Below are positions 36,051 through 44,023 of a DNA stretch of 64,000 bases, in pieces. Position 1 is the stretch's first letter. Each line of letters opens with the position of its first letter. Source of the stretch: a virus; the IMG/VR virus record IMGVR_UViG_3300044940_000489, positions 32,001 through 96,000 of that record; one strand, given 5' to 3'. Below the pieces are notes generated by a model, which was given only the letters and a program-made list of their open reading frames with translations, was not told where the DNA came from and made no database searches. A program made the translations under genes and the position numbers.

Positions 36051-36210
36051 GCAGATTAATGGATATTTGAGGAATCAGTTGACAAATCAGCTGTGGTATC
36101 GGTTGGGTGGACAGCTTTGGGGACAGTTGGGGAGGCAGTTGTGGGATCAGTTGTGGGATGAGTTAGGGCAGCCCCTTTATAGGGGCATTAAATATTATGA
36201 AGAAACGTAA
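36037..36210 (+). CDS. QLxx-tetrapeptide repeat mini-protein 1 (57 aa)
   Basis: MKKRKQINGYLRNQLTNQLWYRLGGQLWGQL...LYRGIKYYEET; below the ORF-track cutoff, translated by hand. Confidence 0.65.
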   Translation: MKKRKQINGYLRNQLTNQLWYRLGGQLWGQLGRQLWDQLWDELGQPLYRGIKYYEET

Positions 36211-36310
36211 ACATGTTAATGGGCAGTTGTGGGATCAGTTGGGGAGTCAGTTTGGGGAGCAGTTGAGGTATCGGCTTTATAAAGGCATTAAGTATTATGA
36301 AGAAGCGTAG
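36197..36310 (+). CDS. QLxx repeat mini-protein 2 (37 aa)
   Basis: MKKRKHVNGQLWDQLGSQFGEQLRYRLYKGIKYYEEA, translated by hand. Confidence 0.6.
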   Translation: MKKRKHVNGQLWDQLGSQFGEQLRYRLYKGIKYYEEA

Positions 36311-36464
36311 GCATTTGAGGGATCGGTTGTGGTATCAGTTGAGGGATCAGTTGGGGGATCGGTTAGGTGGTCAGTTGTGGGGACAGTTGTGGGATCAGTT
36401 GCAGGTGCCGTTTTTGGGACAGTTGATGAATCAGCTTTATAAAGGTATTAAGTCTTATGAATAA
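36297..36464 (+). CDS. QLxx repeat mini-protein 3 (55 aa)
   Basis: MKKRRHLRDRLWYQLRDQLGDRL...LYKGIKSYE, translated by hand. Confidence 0.65.
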   Translation: MKKRRHLRDRLWYQLRDQLGDRLGGQLWGQLWDQLQVPFLGQLMNQLYKGIKSYE

Positions 36465-36642
36465 GCGTAGGCAGTTGAGGGATCGGTTGAGGGATCAGTT
36501 GAGGGATCGGTTGGGGGATCAGTTAGGTGTTCACTTGTGGGGACAGCTGTGGCATCAGTTGGGTGGACAGCTTTGGGGACAGTTTGGGGAGCAGTTGAGG
36601 CATCGGCTTTATAAAGGCATTAAGTATTATGAAGAAACGTAA
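36457..36642 (+). CDS. QLxx repeat mini-protein 4
   Basis: ORF track, 61 aa. Confidence 0.7.
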   Translation: MNKRRQLRDRLRDQLRDRLGDQLGVHLWGQLWHQLGGQLWGQFGEQLRHRLYKGIKYYEET

Positions 36643-36838
36643 GAAGATTGTTGGGCGGTTGGAGGATCAGTTGGGGTATCAGTTGGGGGATCAGTTGAGG
36701 GATCAGTTGTTGTCTCAGTTGAGGGATCAGTTGCGGAATCAGTTGTGGGGTCAGTTGGGGAATCAGTTGTGGCCTCAGTTGTGGGATCAGTTGAAGTATC
36801 GGCTTTATAAAGGCATTAAGTATTATGAAGAAACGTAA
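36629..36838 (+). CDS. QLxx repeat mini-protein 5
   Basis: ORF track, 69 aa. Confidence 0.7.
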   Translation: MKKRKKIVGRLEDQLGYQLGDQLRDQLLSQLRDQLRNQLWGQLGNQLWPQLWDQLKYRLYKGIKYYEET

Positions 36839-37091
36839 GCCAATTAATAAGCATTTGGCGAATCAGCTGTGGGATCAGTTGGGGGATCAGTTGGGGGATC
36901 AGTTGAGGGATCAGTTGTTGTCTCAGTTGAGGGATCAGTTGCGGAATCAGTTGTGGGGTCAGTTGGGGAATCAGTTGTGGGATCAGTTGGGGGATCAGTT
37001 GGGTGGACAGCTTTGGGGACAGTTGGGGGATCAGTTGCGGGGTCGCCTTTATAAAGACATTAAGAATTATGCAGAAGCGTCAAGCAATTAG
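36825..37091 (+). CDS. QLxx repeat mini-protein 6
   Basis: ORF track, 88 aa. Confidence 0.7.
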   Translation: MKKRKPINKHLANQLWDQLGDQLGDQLRDQLLSQLRDQLRNQLWGQLGNQLWDQLGDQLGGQLWGQLGDQLRGRLYKDIKNYAEASSN

Positions 37092-37127
37092 TCAACATCC
37101 ATATAAATAATACAGACCAATAAAGAA

Positions 37128-37155
37128 TTGACAAATACAAAAAAATTAGTATTCT
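37128..37155 (+). promoter_or_regulatory. sigma70-type promoter
   Basis: TTGACA-N16-TATTCT. Confidence 0.55.
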
Positions 37156-37161
37156 ATACTT

Positions 37162-37270
37162 GTTAGCGCATGTTCTTTCCATGCGTCTAACTGGGCAAAA
37201 GGGACAAGGAAGATGGGGGGCCTACGGAAGGGCCATTTTATACCCGGCACATGATGTGACCGGTTTTTTT
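37162..37270 (+). ncRNA. candidate ~110-nt small RNA
   Basis: Lies between a promoter and a terminator; 5' hairpin GTTAGCGCATG/CATGCGTCTAAC, GGA motifs, GC-rich in an AT-rich context. Confidence 0.45.
37244..37270 (+). terminator. intrinsic terminator
   Basis: CCGGCACAT-G-ATGTGACCGG imperfect stem followed by a run of T. Confidence 0.65.
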
Positions 37271-37308
37271 ATTGCCTAAATATCGTTTTTATGGCATACT
37301 TATAGCAC

Positions 37309-38907
37309 ATGAAGCACGACCCAAAAATCTTTATTCCCAAAATCAAAGAGCTTGCAGGTCAGGGCCTAACGACCATGGCAATCGCCAATGCACTAAAAGA
37401 AACTTTTGAAAACGCGCCAACAAGAATGACAATAGCCTCTTGGGTTAAGAAGTTTAATATTCCAGTTAGGACTAAAGAAGACCATGACAAGCAAAGATAT
37501 AATGAGGTACTCGAACTTCTGAAGAATGGTGTCAGGACTAATGAAATTAGAGAGCGCGGATATAGCCACGAACTTATAGCCAAGGTGTCCAGGGAGCAGA
37601 AGCTTGAGAGGCCAGGGCGCGCAGAGGCAGCCGAGGAGCGAGCGCTTAGCAAAGAGGAAGTGCTTGAGCGATTGCCTAAAGACCAGAAGTATGAGTACTT
37701 GGGCAGGGAATACGGTAAGTACAAGATCATGGCTGAAGATGGCACCGTGTTTTATAAGAGTGCCACTCGACTTCATCAGGGGCAGCCGAAGCAGGTGCGA
37801 AGTGCCAGTGCTTTTGCAAAAAAGCTTTTTAATCAAACTGGGAAGACATTGGTCGATGAAAGTTTTACTGGTGTAAAGAACCAAGCCTCGGCAATATGTC
37901 CAAGCGGCAAGCATATTATTACGTATGCAATGGCTGAGGGCGCTCTGCAAAATTACAATTGTCCACATTGCAACAATACAGGCATTTCTCGGGCTGAGCG
38001 AGAGCTGTCTGCATGGATAGAATCTTTTGGATTAGTTACAGAGAGGTATAAAATACCTAAAGAAGAAATATCTCCTGGTAAGCATAAGGAGATTGACATA
38101 TACATACCATCCATGAAGATAGGCATCGAGTACTGTGGCCTATACTATCACTCAGAAAAGCCCAGAGCCGATAAGGTAGGTGATCTGGAGTACTTGTCAT
38201 ATTTAAATGAAATAAAAAACAAGCACAACACAAAGAGACTGCTGTGCCAGAAAAATGGGATAAGACTTATAACGGTTTTTGAAGATGAATGGATATCCAG
38301 GCAGGATCAGGTTAAGGGCTACCTAAAGTCTGTATTTGGGGTCAATAGCGAGAAGGTAGATGCCAGGAAATGCACAGTGGAGCTATTGGACACGAAGGTA
38401 GCAAATAGATTCATAGACGAATACCATATACAAGGATCTGCTTCGACAACAGTTGAAGCGGCTTTTGGACTTAAGATCAATGACAAGATTGTTGGAGTTA
38501 TAACTGGCAACAGGCACCATAGATCTTTGGGGTCCGGCACGCTAGTACTTGGGCGTTTATGCTTTTTATCCGGCGTGAGCGTGCGCGGAGGATCGTCAAG
38601 GCTGCTGTCTGCCCTTATCAAATGGGGACAAGATAATGGGTACGGCAAGATCGTCTCATGGTCTGACAATAGATGGTCAGAGGGCAGAGTATACGAGGCT
38701 TTAGGATTTGAATTAGAGGACGAAAGTGGTCCAGATTATAGTTACGTTAGGGCTGGCGTGAGGGATCGTAGATTCGCCAAACAGTCACTCAAGAAGACTG
38801 CTGAAGAACGGAATGGGAACCAGACTGAGCGAGAGCTTAGGATGTCGCAGGGATATTTTAGAATATGGGACTGCGGCAAGAAGCGCTGGGCTATTCGCAT
38901 AAAATAA
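37309..38907 (+). CDS. Hef-like homing endonuclease (HTH, zinc ribbon, Vsr/PD-(D/E)xK domain, GNAT/Mom-like domain)
   Basis: EIDIYIP..IGIEYCGLYYHSE, VFEDEW, ARKC, HIQG, WSDNRWSEG.VY and RIWDCG motifs; convergent with the capsid gene. Confidence 0.75.
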   Translation: MKHDPKIFIPKIKELAGQGLTTMAIANALKETFENAPTRMTIASWVKKFNIPVRTKEDHDKQRYNEVLELLKNGVRTNEIRERGYSHELIAKVSREQKLERPGRAEAAEERALSKEEVLERLPKDQKYEYLGREYGKYKIMAEDGTVFYKSATRLHQGQPKQVRSASAFAKKLFNQTGKTLVDESFTGVKNQASAICPSGKHIITYAMAEGALQNYNCPHCNNTGISRAERELSAWIESFGLVTERYKIPKEEISPGKHKEIDIYIPSMKIGIEYCGLYYHSEKPRADKVGDLEYLSYLNEIKNKHNTKRLLCQKNGIRLITVFEDEWISRQDQVKGYLKSVFGVNSEKVDARKCTVELLDTKVANRFIDEYHIQGSASTTVEAAFGLKINDKIVGVITGNRHHRSLGSGTLVLGRLCFLSGVSVRGGSSRLLSALIKWGQDNGYGKIVSWSDNRWSEGRVYEALGFELEDESGPDYSYVRAGVRDRRFAKQSLKKTAEERNGNQTERELRMSQGYFRIWDCGKKRWAIRIK

Positions 38908-38934
38908 AAAAGCCAGGATTTCTCCTGGCTTTCT
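38906..38934. terminator. bidirectional terminator between the endonuclease and major capsid genes
   Basis: AAAGCCAGGA-TTTC-TCCTGGCTTT stem. Confidence 0.8.
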
Positions 38935-38962
38935 ATTATACCGATCTTGCGATCAATATTAA

Positions 38963-40354
38963 TTAGGGGAGTACGTTGTCAACAAGGATGCTGAAGCGTG
39001 GCAACTTAGCAACCACACAAGCAAAGCGGAAGAACGCTTTAGGCTTGCTAAGGTCGGTCATTGCAAGCTCAACAGACTTGTAAGGAGACAACTCGTGAAT
39101 CTCGATTCCTCGCATATCAAGAGCGAATGCAGTGATACCTTGGCTCAATCGGTTGTTCAAGTCGATGAAGGATACTGCAGACAAAGCATTAGCCTTGATT
39201 CGTCCAACCAATGATTTGCGAGTTCCGCCGGCAGCTGTGCGGTACACGTTAAAGTAACGCGCAACGACGCCAGAAGCAGGAGTGATTGTCAGAGTCACTT
39301 GGTTACCGGCTGCAGCGATAGTAACTGCTAGGTCAGCAGAAGCTGGGCTTTCGCCAAGATCACCGACTGCAGAAACTGAATAAGTGTAGACTTCAGCTGC
39401 AGCAAAGCTAGTGCTTCCAGCAGACTGTGCAGCAGCTACAGTTGGAGCGCCAGGAGTGCCAACGCGAGCGCGTGCAGGAGCAGTCTTAGCAGACAAGAAC
39501 CGGCTAGATTCCAAAGCGATAGCTCCACCAGCCACGAATTGCTCTTTCAAAGAAGCGCCAGTGGCGTTTTGAGGAGAGCCCGCAAGAACAATGCGCTCTT
39601 TGTTGAAGGCGATCTTGTTGTATGCAGAGTGTGTCAATGGATCAAGATACAGCTTCTCAGGAGCACCGTGGTTCATTTGAGCACGTGCATAAACGTCTTC
39701 GATTGTAGACTGTGACAGAACTCCACCTTGGTTAATGGCTACAGAACCGTCAGCTCCGTATTCATTAAACATAAGATCTTGAGTGCTGGTTTCAGAATCA
39801 GAAACTCGGATTTGAGGATCAAGACCCATCATTCCTGGCTCGTCTGCAGACATAGCAAGAGGGTTTCCATCAAAAAGACCAGCGTTAGAGTACATAGCTT
39901 TGCCACGGAAAAGGTGGAATTCGATGTCTCCAGCGATCTTAAGAGCAGCGTCAGCTTCAACGCGATCTTCAGCTTTTACGCCGTCGAAGGCTTGAATCAT
40001 GTTAGCTTGCATAGTGAATCGGCGGACATGCACATAGTACGCCATAGGGACTACAGCACGTACGAATGAGCTTGTCTCTTCTTGTCCAACTGCACCTTCT
40101 AGTACAGCTGATCCACCGAATATACCGTAGTCAAGCTGACGGTTGTACTGGACAAGCGTTCCTTTAGCGGGAACAACTTTTAGCTGCTTTTGCAGTTTAA
40201 TTTTGCTGTCATCAAATGTTGCAACATTCATGACAGGGCTCAGGTCTTCCATCTGAAGAGCGGAACCTTGAGTAAGAGCACCAGGAGCAGCGTTGTATCC
40301 GCCCGCTTCAAGCGCCTTTTTTAGTTCTTCTAATTTTTGAATTTCTGTAGACAC
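38963..40354 (-). CDS. major capsid protein (Herelleviridae-like) with an Ig/FN3-like insertion
   Basis: LKKALEAGG...GSALQMEDL N-arm; follows protease and scaffold; strong terminator; YTYSVSAV..GES..YFNVYR insertion. Confidence 0.85.
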   Translation of the reverse strand: MSTEIQKLEELKKALEAGGYNAAPGALTQGSALQMEDLSPVMNVATFDDSKIKLQKQLKVVPAKGTLVQYNRQLDYGIFGGSAVLEGAVGQEETSSFVRAVVPMAYYVHVRRFTMQANMIQAFDGVKAEDRVEADAALKIAGDIEFHLFRGKAMYSNAGLFDGNPLAMSADEPGMMGLDPQIRVSDSETSTQDLMFNEYGADGSVAINQGGVLSQSTIEDVYARAQMNHGAPEKLYLDPLTHSAYNKIAFNKERIVLAGSPQNATGASLKEQFVAGGAIALESSRFLSAKTAPARARVGTPGAPTVAAAQSAGSTSFAAAEVYTYSVSAVGDLGESPASADLAVTIAAAGNQVTLTITPASGVVARYFNVYRTAAGGTRKSLVGRIKANALSAVSFIDLNNRLSQGITAFALDMRGIEIHELSPYKSVELAMTDLSKPKAFFRFACVVAKLPRFSILVDNVLP

Positions 40355-40366
40355 AGCACTTCTCCT

Positions 40367-41182
40367 TTATTGGCTTACTATTTTAAGAACTTGTGAATTA
40401 CGTTTTTTTGTTGCAAAGTAATCAAGCATGGCTTCTCTTTCAGACTTGCTCAATACAGCCATCTTCTTTGGATCGGCTGATACTTTAACAAGCTTTTCGT
40501 GAAGCTCGGCGTCGGTAATTTCCTCATTTTTCTTAAGAGGAGCGTCGTCGCCTTTCTTGACATAATCGACTGCGTCGATGTTTGTGATAGCTTTACTTAC
40601 TGGACGTGAAGCCATTTTTTCAATGATTTCACTCATAAGCTTGATAGACTCCTTAGCTTCAGCCAATTCTTTTTCGGCCTTAGCTAGGCGACCATCTTCT
40701 CGCTTTTCAGACATCGCTAGCGGAGCCGGCTTGTCTTTGGAAGCTTCTTCTTTGGCTGGGGCCATTTCAGGAGCTTCTTCAGCTTTCGGACTGCGTTCTG
40801 ACATTTCCGCTTCAATCGCTGCCTTAAGAGACGCAAGCATTTCATCGTCAAGATCCTTTACCATTTCTTCTAAAGATGCTTCCTCTTGCTCAGCTTCTGC
40901 TGGAGCTTTAGGTGCATCTTCTTCGGCTTCTGGTGCTTGGTTTTCGTATGAAGAATGTTCTTCATCCGCCTTCGCAACGGCTGATTGTTCCATTTCCTCT
41001 TTGGATTCTTCCTTAGATTCTTCGGATTCTACAGCCGATTTTTCTTTTTTGGACTCTTCTTTGCTTTCTTCCTTAGACTCTTCAGCTTTTTTTAGGCTAG
41101 CTTCTTCGGATTTTAGCAATTTGTCCAGATCTTTTGAAACTTCTGCGAGAAGTTTCTCCAGATCGTATTTTTCTGCTGACAT
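40367..41182 (-). CDS. capsid scaffolding protein
   Basis: E/K-rich and helical, with EESK repeats and many LxK[SA] sites; directly upstream of the capsid gene; AAAGGAG RBS at MSAEK. Confidence 0.7.
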   Translation of the reverse strand: MSAEKYDLEKLLAEVSKDLDKLLKSEEASLKKAEESKEESKEESKKEKSAVESEESKEESKEEMEQSAVAKADEEHSSYENQAPEAEEDAPKAPAEAEQEEASLEEMVKDLDDEMLASLKAAIEAEMSERSPKAEEAPEMAPAKEEASKDKPAPLAMSEKREDGRLAKAEKELAEAKESIKLMSEIIEKMASRPVSKAITNIDAVDYVKKGDDAPLKKNEEITDAELHEKLVKVSADPKKMAVLSKSEREAMLDYFATKKRNSQVLKIVSQ

Positions 41183-41215
41183 GTGCCAACTCCTTTCTGG
41201 TTGAATATATTCCAA

Positions 41216-41701
41216 TTATTGTCCAGAAAGTGGCCACTGAAGGTCAGGCTCGATTCGGTCAATCAAAACGCAAGTAGAGCTTGTGTTAACAGTTCCGTCA
41301 GCCAAGAACAAAGAAAGAGCTGGCTCAACAGCTAGGTCTGTGAGGTACAGCTCAACTTTAATTCCTAGGCGGAACAGCTCATTCAAAATTCTAGCTTGAT
41401 TTGAAGCAGTAAGCTGAGAAGCGATTGGCGTAGCGCTATCTCCTTCAGAGATCATCTGAGCGACCATTGGAGTGTACACTTTTTGTGCTCCACCAACAAT
41501 GTCGGAAAACTGTGTACCCTGAGCTACGATGCGGATAACAGCTTTTTGTTCAGTAGACGACCATGAAGAATCCTGTTGGATTTCCAAGCGAGCACCAGCG
41601 GCATCAACCGAGTCACGGACGATGTATCCAGCAGGCATGCGCTTTGAAAGTCGGTCTTTCAAAGAACGAACTAGGCTTTGCGATTTTGCTATAGCAGACA
41701 T
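41216..41701 (-). CDS. putative head protein
   Basis: 161 aa between protease and scaffold; AAGGAG RBS; begins MSAIAKS. Confidence 0.65.
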   Translation of the reverse strand: MSAIAKSQSLVRSLKDRLSKRMPAGYIVRDSVDAAGARLEIQQDSSWSSTEQKAVIRIVAQGTQFSDIVGGAQKVYTPMVAQMISEGDSATPIASQLTASNQARILNELFRLGIKVELYLTDLAVEPALSLFLADGTVNTSSTCVLIDRIEPDLQWPLSGQ

Positions 41702-41750
41702 TTAATTACTCCTTGCGGGTGTGTATGTATTGGAATAATACCGGATTATT

Positions 41751-41775
41751 AGTAAGTTATTTTACTAAATAGCCA
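41751..41775 (-). promoter_or_regulatory. putative late promoter (scaffold/capsid operon)
   Basis: TGGCTAT-TTA-N7-AACTTACT variant. Confidence 0.5.
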
Positions 41776-41781
41776 ATATTA

Positions 41782-42723
41782 TTATTGTTTTTTAAATTTT
41801 AAGTAAAAAGCTTCGGCCTCTTGTTCGTACTTGGCCAAATACCTCTTTTTTAAGGCCTCTAGGATTTTATCCAAGTCCTTATCATTCGCCCCGGGCAAAG
41901 CCTTCTTAAGCTCTGCTCGTGTAGGCATTTTGCGGAACATTTTAGTTAGCCTGCCCAGCTCAGATTCGCCTTGTAGGGCCGATCCCTGAGTTAGGCTGCT
42001 GGGCGCTGCATTTGCCCCGCCAGCAGTCAGAGTCTTTTTTAGCTTGGCATGTGCTTCAGCCAATCTATCTATCCGACTCATACTTCCCTGCAATACGAAT
42101 TGCATATCAATAGATTTGTAAAGAGGCTCTATGACTCCCTCGGCAGCCTCATGTTTTGCCATTGGCTTGGGGGCTCCTGGAGCAGAGTGATCCTCTACTA
42201 TATCCATTGTAGCGGTTCTATTGCATGGCTTTATAGTAGCAGCCATTCCGCGAATAATAGTTTTCTTTAAGATATTGCCGTCCCTTTTAAGGGTACTGCC
42301 CTCAACACTTAGGCCCAGTCTGAACGGTGCGTCGGAACGATTAAGTGCCCTAGCAATACTGGCGGCGGCCCTAGCGTTATCATGCGCATCTGGTCCATCC
42401 CAAATTTCTAGCTTTCCATAAATAAGGGGTCGCTGAATTTTGGACCAGGCCTTAAGTTCCCTTTCGTTGGCGCAGTCTTCTTTAGAGAAGATCTTTTTTG
42501 CGTCAAGCACCCTGCCTATGATGGATGAGAACCCCTTTGCATGATCTGGCGTATCGGCTTTCTCAATGTCTTTTGGAGAAATATGCTCAGTATTAACTAA
42601 GGCCTTTCCGGACTTAAGCTCTGATATATCTGCACCCGAAATATCAAGAATTTCCCCAGAAGTATCGGGCACTTCCGATCCAAATACACCTTCTAGGATA
42701 AGGTTTTTCTTAAGAGAAGACAT
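41782..42723 (-). CDS. prohead protease
   Basis: LEGVFGSEVPDTSGEILD, NTEH (His), GLSVEG (Ser) and TIKPCN fit the HK97/herpes-type maturation protease pattern. Confidence 0.82.
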   Translation of the reverse strand: MSSLKKNLILEGVFGSEVPDTSGEILDISGADISELKSGKALVNTEHISPKDIEKADTPDHAKGFSSIIGRVLDAKKIFSKEDCANERELKAWSKIQRPLIYGKLEIWDGPDAHDNARAAASIARALNRSDAPFRLGLSVEGSTLKRDGNILKKTIIRGMAATIKPCNRTATMDIVEDHSAPGAPKPMAKHEAAEGVIEPLYKSIDMQFVLQGSMSRIDRLAEAHAKLKKTLTAGGANAAPSSLTQGSALQGESELGRLTKMFRKMPTRAELKKALPGANDKDLDKILEALKKRYLAKYEQEAEAFYLKFKKQ

Positions 42724-42732
42724 ATTTAATAT

Positions 42733-42757
42733 ATTAGGTTTTAGGCTTAAGTCATTG
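42733..42757 (-). promoter_or_regulatory. putative late promoter
   Basis: CAATGAC-TTA-N7-AACCTAAT, 10 nt upstream of the protease ATG. Confidence 0.65.
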
Positions 42758-42786
42758 TATTTATTGTATTATTTTGATATTTTGAA

Positions 42787-42843
42787 TAAAAAACTAGACT
42801 TTATTATTTTTTTACGAGATACTGGCTTTAACAAGGGGGTATG
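42787..42843 (+). promoter_or_regulatory. promoter+RBS cassette, copy 1
   Basis: TAGACT-N17-GATACT plus AAGGGGG; near-identical copy at 43679-43734. Confidence 0.7.
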
Positions 42844-43122
42844 CATATGATGCACGAAATAAAAATAAACGAAACAACTAACCTTATTGATGTTGTTAGC
42901 TACAAAACCGACCTTGTTAATGAAAAGATTGTTCGAGTAGTATTGAATGAATCTAACGGCATGACTAAGCAGCAAGCAGTGACCTACATGATGGCGCTTG
43001 GCATTAATTCTTTAGAAATCGCCTTGGCTCTGGATGAGATGGAGCACAACGGACATAATGTGGCAAGCTTCGGTGCTCAGGGTAACTTTGTGTTTTCTGC
43101 GTTTGAAGGTTTTAGGAACTAA
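42841..43122 (+). CDS. hypothetical protein
   Basis: 93 aa after the promoter/RBS cassette. Confidence 0.65.
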   Translation: MHMMHEIKINETTNLIDVVSYKTDLVNEKIVRVVLNESNGMTKQQAVTYMMALGINSLEIALALDEMEHNGHNVASFGAQGNFVFSAFEGFRN

Positions 43123-43123
43123 T

Positions 43124-43411
43124 ATGTCTAAGGTTATTAAGCTTTTTAGTAATAATATCTATGATTTCGCCCAAGCAAATAAGCTGTCATTGGTATGCCG
43201 ATGGAATGCCGATACTTTGACCTGGGAAGCCGCGTTTGATAGATGTTTGCTCAAAACGCCTGATACCGGCGCCTACTTGAGCGGCAAGATTGGACTTGGC
43301 AAAACGGCACATGAGGCTATCAGTGAGTACTGGAATATTATAAATGGGAATACATTAGTGCTAGAGCCATTTGGCGGCAGCAAAAGAAGAAAAGAAATAC
43401 CGGTTATTTAG
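43124..43411 (+). CDS. hypothetical protein
   Basis: Start MSKVIK directly after the upstream stop. Confidence 0.6.
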   Translation: MSKVIKLFSNNIYDFAQANKLSLVCRWNADTLTWEAAFDRCLLKTPDTGAYLSGKIGLGKTAHEAISEYWNIINGNTLVLEPFGGSKRRKEIPVI

Positions 43412-43420
43412 GAGAGAAAT

Positions 43421-43681
43421 GTGGTGAAAAATTATAAGTATATAGTCGAGTTTCCAAAAAGTTTTGAGGCTAACACATTAGATGAGATTATAGAAAGAAC
43501 TGGGTGGAGCAAGGGTACAATACAGAGAATTTTGAATGGCAATTCCAGGATTCCTGTCGAAATTAGAAGATCCGGAAAACCTAGCAGCATTATGAATAAA
43601 TTTAGGGCCAAAAACACAAAAACACCTAATGATGAGCTACCTTTGGGGTCTGGCAATATCAAAACGATACGGGAAGATTAA
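43421..43681 (+). CDS. small helix-turn-helix protein
   Basis: TLDEIIERTGWSKGTIQRILNG HTH pattern; AGGAG RBS. Confidence 0.6.
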   Translation: MVKNYKYIVEFPKSFEANTLDEIIERTGWSKGTIQRILNGNSRIPVEIRRSGKPSSIMNKFRAKNTKTPNDELPLGSGNIKTIRED

Positions 43682-43734
43682 AAAACTAGACTTTATTATT
43701 TTTGTGCGAGATACTTGTTTTAACAAGGGGGATG
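43679..43734 (+). promoter_or_regulatory. promoter+RBS cassette, copy 2
   Basis: Direct repeat of 42787-42843. Confidence 0.7.
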
Positions 43735-43735
43735 T

Positions 43736-44023
43736 ATGGGATTGATATTTGGTAGCAGAAAGAAACTGATTGTTACACTGGCAGCACTCGTTCCTGCCGC
43801 TGCAATTGTTGATATGCTTCTTTTGAAATTGTTATTTGGTGAAGGGGTCGATAATTTTGCTAATGGCGTAATTATCGCTGGAGCTGTATTGGCAGTAGTA
43901 AATTCTACTGTATTGGGCATTATGAATCTAGTCGAGGCGAAGCGAGATGCGGATGCAATTAAAAGAGCTATGGAGCAGTCTTTTGAGGAAGACTACGAGT
44001 CGGATTCCGAGGAGACGGCCTAA
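43736..44023 (+). CDS. two-TM membrane protein
   Basis: Two hydrophobic helices and an acidic tail. Confidence 0.65.
   Translation: MGLIFGSRKKLIVTLAALVPAAAIVDMLLLKLLFGEGVDNFANGVIIAGAVLAVVNSTVLGIMNLVEAKRDADAIKRAMEQSFEEDYESDSEETA

Larger units (their letters stand above)
36031..37091 (+). repeat. compound tandem array of 12-nt units (GGGATCAGTTG[TGA]) punctuated by a ~37-nt junction (CTTTATAAAGGCATTAAGTATTATGAAGAAACGTAAG)
   Basis: Junction ATGs at 36037, 36197, 36297, 36457, 36629, 36825 and 37069. Confidence 0.95.

Noticed and set aside
36869-37054. Alternative-frame ORF (GSV repeats)
   Set aside because: Shadow of the 12-nt repeat; lacks the conserved head and tail and the coupling seen in the QL frame
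36031-37091. CRISPR array (~37-nt conserved junction separated by variable sequence)
   Set aside because: The intervening segments vary from about 60 to 200 nt, are themselves 12-nt tandem repeats and keep open frames; no cas genes are present
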